Shown piece after piece: positions 58,781-64,000 of a DNA stretch of 64,000 nucleotides. The DNA is from Oopsacas minuta (Eukaryota; Animalia; Porifera). The notes under the pieces are model-generated. The model ran no database searches, was not told where the DNA came from, and saw nothing but the letters and a program-made list of their open reading frames with translations. Numbering within the stretch: position 1 is the stretch's first letter; each line of letters begins with the position of its first letter. The DNA lies in NCBI GenBank assembly GCA_024704765.1, contig JAKMXF010000111.1:1862058-1926057 (forward strand), read 5' to 3'. The translations under genes and the position numbers were made by a program.

Positions 58781-61282
58781 AATTCATCAAATTCCTCATC
58801 TGATGCCAAAGATGAAAAATGCGTTGAACTGAGAAACAGAAAAGGTACAGTATTCTCCGATAAGGGAAATGGTTTATTTTTTGAATGCATAGTTCAGATT
58901 GGTTCTCTCAAAACGAAAGTCAACCTGCTAGGTAATGGCATATGAAATTCTAATACATTTTATCTTTCATTCCACATTTTTGCTGTTTGAGCATATTTGA
59001 ACTTCAAAAGTTGCTATTAACAATTGTGAAAGTCTGGGAATTTAGAGAGGAATCTCATGACAGTGACGGATAACACTACGATTTCTATTACCAATTTTTC
59101 CATAAATGTAAACTGAGAATTTATAAGCCATTTAAAGTTTAGTCACTCATCTAGTTATTCTAGTAGAATTTATTACGCTTATAGCACAATATATGATAGA
59201 AATACAAGTCTTTGATCCCAACCGACTATTCAGTATATGGAGTTGTTGTGTAATGAATACTCAATGTACCAAATCGTCCTATACAGAATCGTCGTTATCC
59301 TGCCCTAGGCTGTAGCAGTATAGGAATGTAATATACCTGAAATTGGGTTTTTCGTTTCATCGGTTTCTTTTCATTTTGCAAGCTTTGTAATAATTGTTCA
59401 TTCCTAATTTCCATATATAATAATCCGATTGTTCATCAAAATACGTAGAGATTATTTAGTTTATCCGAGGTTGCAGATGTGAACGATATATTTTCTTTTC
59501 TACTTATTTCCTATCGTATTTAATCGGAGCTTCTCAGCCATCTAGCTCTACAATCGGTGGTGGATTTGTAATGGCAGCTCAGCACAATATTATGTAATTT
59601 TCAAAACTAATGGAAATGGCCATATCATTTCAAATTCCAAAAATGAGGTGATTATCTCTGTAGCCACAGTGTAGTCAAGTTTGGTCATAGACTCAAAGGT
59701 ATGATTACAGGTTGGGAACAGGGTGTATTCCTAAGTATAAATGTAAAGGAATGCTCTAAAGCACTGCCCCTTTCACTAAATTTGCGTCTCTTATGTTGTA
59801 TAATCGCCCCCCTTTGATACCCTAGTTTTCCAGGCTTCTCTACATTAACATCTTATGAAAAACAACATATTTACGCTAATTTTGGTCAAATTCAAAGTAC
59901 AAAACTTAGATGTCATCGTATTTAGTACTTTTTAGCTGAAAATCGAAGGAACATAAGCATTTACACATGTAAACGATACTTAAACATAAATTGGATAATA
60001 CAAAAATATATTACTTGATAATATTATTTTGAACTCTAATTTCTAAACTGAAAAATATAATCTAATAATCCAAATATTTCGATAAAGAATCGCCTTCGCG
60101 TTACCCCATTCCCCCCTCCCCAATACACCACTGATTGGGAAACCCTGTATTAGATTATTCCCTCATCAACAGTCATAATAATTGAGCCAATCCTTATACT
60201 ACGAACCAAAATATCTTAGCATCTAGAAATTAGAGCATGTATATTCTGAGTGTAATATGACTCATTATCCTCATATCCGATATACCACAATATAGATATT
60301 TAAGTGCAGATGCTTACATATACAATATGTCATAAATGTGTAAGATATTGGATAACTTAATAATGGCAATGAAAATACATCATATATGTGGAGGGCGTTT
60401 CAAATCAGTTGCAGCATCCTTTTTGACTTCCTAGAACCTTATTCAATGTAACATAATCTGGTTGGTTGTAAGGATATATAAGATTGTGTTAACAAGAAAA
60501 ATATTAAATAAATTTTAATTTCAGATAATTGACTTTGTCTTTCGTTATGAAATTCAGAATCTGTTCATCACTGTTGTATGTGATAATACTACTGTCTTCA
60601 GTGCAATACTTCGTAAACGGACAATGTGAGTTACAAAATGGTCGAGCCGACAGACTGGGAGTGTAGGTCAAAAATAGTTTGAATAATATAACATTTGGTC
60701 ATAGATAAATAAATATCATGATGGAGCTAAAACTTAGGTTATCAAATTTATAATCTTCACACCTTTTGTTGAAGACTGAATAACCATATTTCCACACTTT
60801 TCTATGTAATTTCCAAATGAGGTATCTAATTTGTAGAAGGTCCATAAATTCCCATAAAATCTAATACAACAATGTGTAAACCGAGAAAACCCTTTTCAAC
60901 AGATTGGGGATAGTTTTAAGTATGACCTGAGTCAACACTATACAAATGAGCGGTTTACTAATAGGCTGTCTACATGTAAGAGTTATCATTACTAAATGTT
61001 AGGAATTAGATTTCCATATGTGGTCAGTCCTCAGTATTAATCGGGCGTATTCAAAGTTTATCATACAATAAATCCCTTTTGCACGCCTGTAACTGGTGTG
61101 TCGGGTTGACATTTTTAGTATACGTAATGTTTGATAATTTGAGGTTCTACGAAATCAATAAATGTATTCGGATATGCGTCGTTTCTGGAGCATCGAAATA
61201 TACAAATCGCTAGTGAATAGTTTTGTAGCCAAGCGCATGAGAATGAAATGTAATTTCATTTTGCTCTGAAAATTCATTGTAG

Positions 61283-61471
61283 TGCCCATAAGCGGTTGTG
61301 ATGCAATATCTAATGAAGGGACATGTTTCAGTTACTTCACAAGCTCTGGTATAAACTGGGAAGATGCTAGACTACAGTGTGTTTCAAGTGGTTACGACCT
61401 AGCTACAGTAACATCCATTGAAGAGAATACGTTAATGTATGACACTGCAACTGGTTCAACTAGTTGTTGGA
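61283..61471 (+). CDS. Partial C-type lectin domain exon cut by an assembly N at 61472
   Basis: AG acceptor, then PISGCDAISNEGTCFSYFTSSGINWEDARLQCVSSGYDLATVTS...SCW. Confidence 0.7.
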
Positions 61472-61472
61472 N

Positions 61473-63275
61473 TCGATACGCGTACCATCTCAAGTATGGA
61501 GTCTTGTAGGAATTGATCTCATCGGGCCCTTACAGGAGTCTACAAGTGGCAACAAATATATTGTAGCTATTTCAGACCACTTTTCCAAGTGGTCAGAAGC
61601 TATTGCCATTCCTGACAAATCTTCTAATCTGTAGCTGATTTTCTATACATAGTAGTTTGCAGATTGGGATGTATGGACACACTAATAAGTGATCAAGGAA
61701 GAGAGTTTGTGAACAAAGTTATTGATTATCTTCTTGACATTCTGCAGACTGAGCATCGAATTTCTTCTGCTTATCATCCTGAAACAAATGGACAACGGGA
61801 GAGAGATAACCGTACCCTGAAATCTGTATTGGTGAAATTGGTAAATGAAAGAGGTGATGATTGGCATATGTATATCCCAGGAATACTATTTGCTTATCAC
61901 ACAAGCATTCATGCTTCTACGAAATGTACTCCATTTCCAGCGATGTATTGTCGTAGTGTGAAGTTACCAATTGATTTGTCTATTAAACCTCCAAAATCAA
62001 TTGAGCAGGCGAACCCAAAAGTTTACAGGCGTTTGGCATGATGCGTGAAGCTATCAACGCCAAAATTGATCTTAATATCACAAACGCACAGAAACACCAA
62101 AAACGCAACTTTGATGACCGTCATTCTAATAGTAAAGTGTTACCACCTGGCGCAACTGTGTCTATAAAAACAGCAAGCAAATACATCGAATGTGATCGAA
62201 ATGGAACCACGCTGGATAGGTCCTTACAAAATCATTGAGTTGCTAGATAAAGGACATGCAATCCTAGAGAATATTAACACAGGTAAGTAACTAAAAATAT
62301 ATATAATATTGCAAATTTAAAGGTATATGATTCAAATAACAAAGCTGAAGATGGTAAATCAAAGGAAAAGAAACAATTTCAATATCACATTCTAAGATCA
62401 AGAAACTAGAGTGTACGGATGAGCTAGTTTTAATTGGAGTTAAACAAGGAGTTAAACAATTCAACCCTTTGTCTAACAAAAGAGGTTAAAGGCGACTTAG
62501 ATCTTTTTTACAACGGTTTCAAGAGTTGAACTTGTATACGTTCTGGGTTATGAAACCTTTTGGACCTTACCTATCTAACCCCGCGCGGATATACAGAACT
62601 AAAGGGGATGGTAATTGCTATTTCCGATCAATAAGCTACATCCTAACAGGTTCAGAAGATAGCCATATTATAATTCGTAATAAAGTCGTCCATCGCATGA
62701 GTGATAGTTTGAATGAAACACTAAGAAAGTATCCTTCTCAAATGGTTGCCAATTATGTCAGCGAAAGTGCCATTGACTCCAGTAGTGTTTGGGCAACCGA
62801 GGCAGAAATAGTGACCACAGCTAATCTTATTCAACATGATATCGTTGTGTATGCAAAGAGTGGGGATTCTATGGAATGGCTTACATACCCTGCATCTTTT
62901 ACATTAACAGAAACAACAGAAACTGCATTGTATCTGGAAAATTTAGCTGAACACTTCAATGTAGTCATTAATATACAATGATACTAGAAACAGAGACTAT
63001 ATTTTCCTATCTGTTCATTAGTACCATAGATTCATTATTGTATTCGCACAACTCAACACACCTTAGATTCATTATTGTATTAGCAGATGATTTAAAAGAA
63101 CTACTAATCACTATAATCTCATTGGGAATATTTACTCAGGGTATAAACTAGGCTAGGCAGTTTATACCCTGGAGGTTAATCTAGTCTAGGCTAGTTTATA
63201 CCCAGGGGGATAATCTAGGCTAGCCCAGATTATACCCGGGTATATTCTGACGGGAGGTTAATCTAGGCTGCTACA
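61473..63275 (+). mobile_element. Ginger-type DNA transposon (Gypsy-like integrase + GPY/F + OTU protease), degraded; left end lost at the N
   Basis: VGIDLIGPL...DHFSKW...ISDQGREF...SAYHPETNGQRERDN...WIGPYKI. A GTAAGT intron donor follows at 62282, then the OTU ORF. A subrepeated terminal region ends ...gctgctACA (rc TGT terminus) and is followed by CCGG. No RT or LTR seen. Confidence 0.75.
62526..62981 (+). CDS. OTU-family cysteine protease (deubiquitinase-like) domain carried by the transposon
   Basis: GDGNCYFRSIS...WATEAEI...HFNVV catalytic motifs intact. Confidence 0.8.
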   Translation: MNLYTFWVMKPFGPYLSNPARIYRTKGDGNCYFRSISYILTGSEDSHIIIRNKVVHRMSDSLNETLRKYPSQMVANYVSESAIDSSSVWATEAEIVTTANLIQHDIVVYAKSGDSMEWLTYPASFTLTETTETALYLENLAEHFNVVINIQ

Positions 63276-64000
63276 CCGGGTATATTCAGGCCCTCTGATT
63301 CTGAGAGGGGGGCCAGAATGGCCGAAAAACTATTGCTGGCCAGCCGGGAAATACTCCAATGAGTCTAACTGTTCCGCATTAAGCTGCATAGCGCAACTCC
63401 ATAGTCTCAGGTTACTGTTTTGAAATGTTACAAGTTACCAATTGGGAATATGTAGATCGAGTCATAGTTTTTCCGAGAAATTTTTTGCGAGGTTTTTTGC
63501 GGGCCGGCCAAATCAATTGCAGGCAGTTTCACGGTTAGAAATTTTGGCGCGTGCACCTTTGAGGGCTATTTTCCCTGGGCCTCACGCCCTCACGCTCTAA
63601 AGGCCTCCAAATCTATTTCATCGAATATTCATCACAATATTTGGGTAATATGTACTCAAATTCGGGAGAATAGCAAAATGTCCCTGAAAACCTAAAATCA
63701 AACCCATTTCAAGCAACCTTTGAAATAGAAAGTGAGCGCATCTGCCCCCAAGTATGGCGGTTAATCGATGACTCACTTGTGTAACTTTCTCTTTTTATTG
63801 GATATTTACTTTGCTATAATCTATCTACATAAGTTTTAGCTTACAAATTCAACAATATACTTTCTAATAGGAAACGTTAATTTCATTCGCTCCAAATTAA
63901 GTTCCTTCCTTGTTACTTCCGTTCTGTTAATTTAATAGAGCTATAATTTCCTGTAATTAAGTACTAATATTATTCTTACCATTATAGATCCAAGAAGAAT

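Overview
AT-rich, compact, intron-containing animal genomic DNA. Gene content and style resemble a sponge, possibly a hexactinellid such as Oopsacas; this is inference from protein families and was not searched. Housekeeping or ciliary genes are RSL1D1, a 5-exon LRRC74-like gene and a truncated CFAP44 copy. There is also an atypical Rho GTPase, a FEM1-like ankyrin/BC-box gene, a Maf-like bZIP and a C-type-lectin/GAIN/7TM adhesion GPCR with a partial second copy. DNA transposons are abundant: several hAT elements with perfect 8-bp TSDs, a Transib/RAG1-core-like relic, a Ginger integrase plus OTU element, and many MITEs. The main signal is six intronless coiled-coil + NHL beta-propeller genes in two subfamilies (five full length, one fragment). 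Their copies have nucleotide-identical framework stretches interrupted by short, mostly non-synonymous, often multi-nucleotide changes at the same two loops of every blade. One copy is a mosaic of two others and sits in a large inverted duplication in which the propeller exon is more divergent than the neighbouring non-coding DNA. This looks like a diversifying, recombining family of intracellular recognition proteins, but that interpretation is inference. Two single-N positions (8904, 61472) mark assembly joins, so haplotype or assembly artefact must be excluded. All alignments and counts were done by eye.
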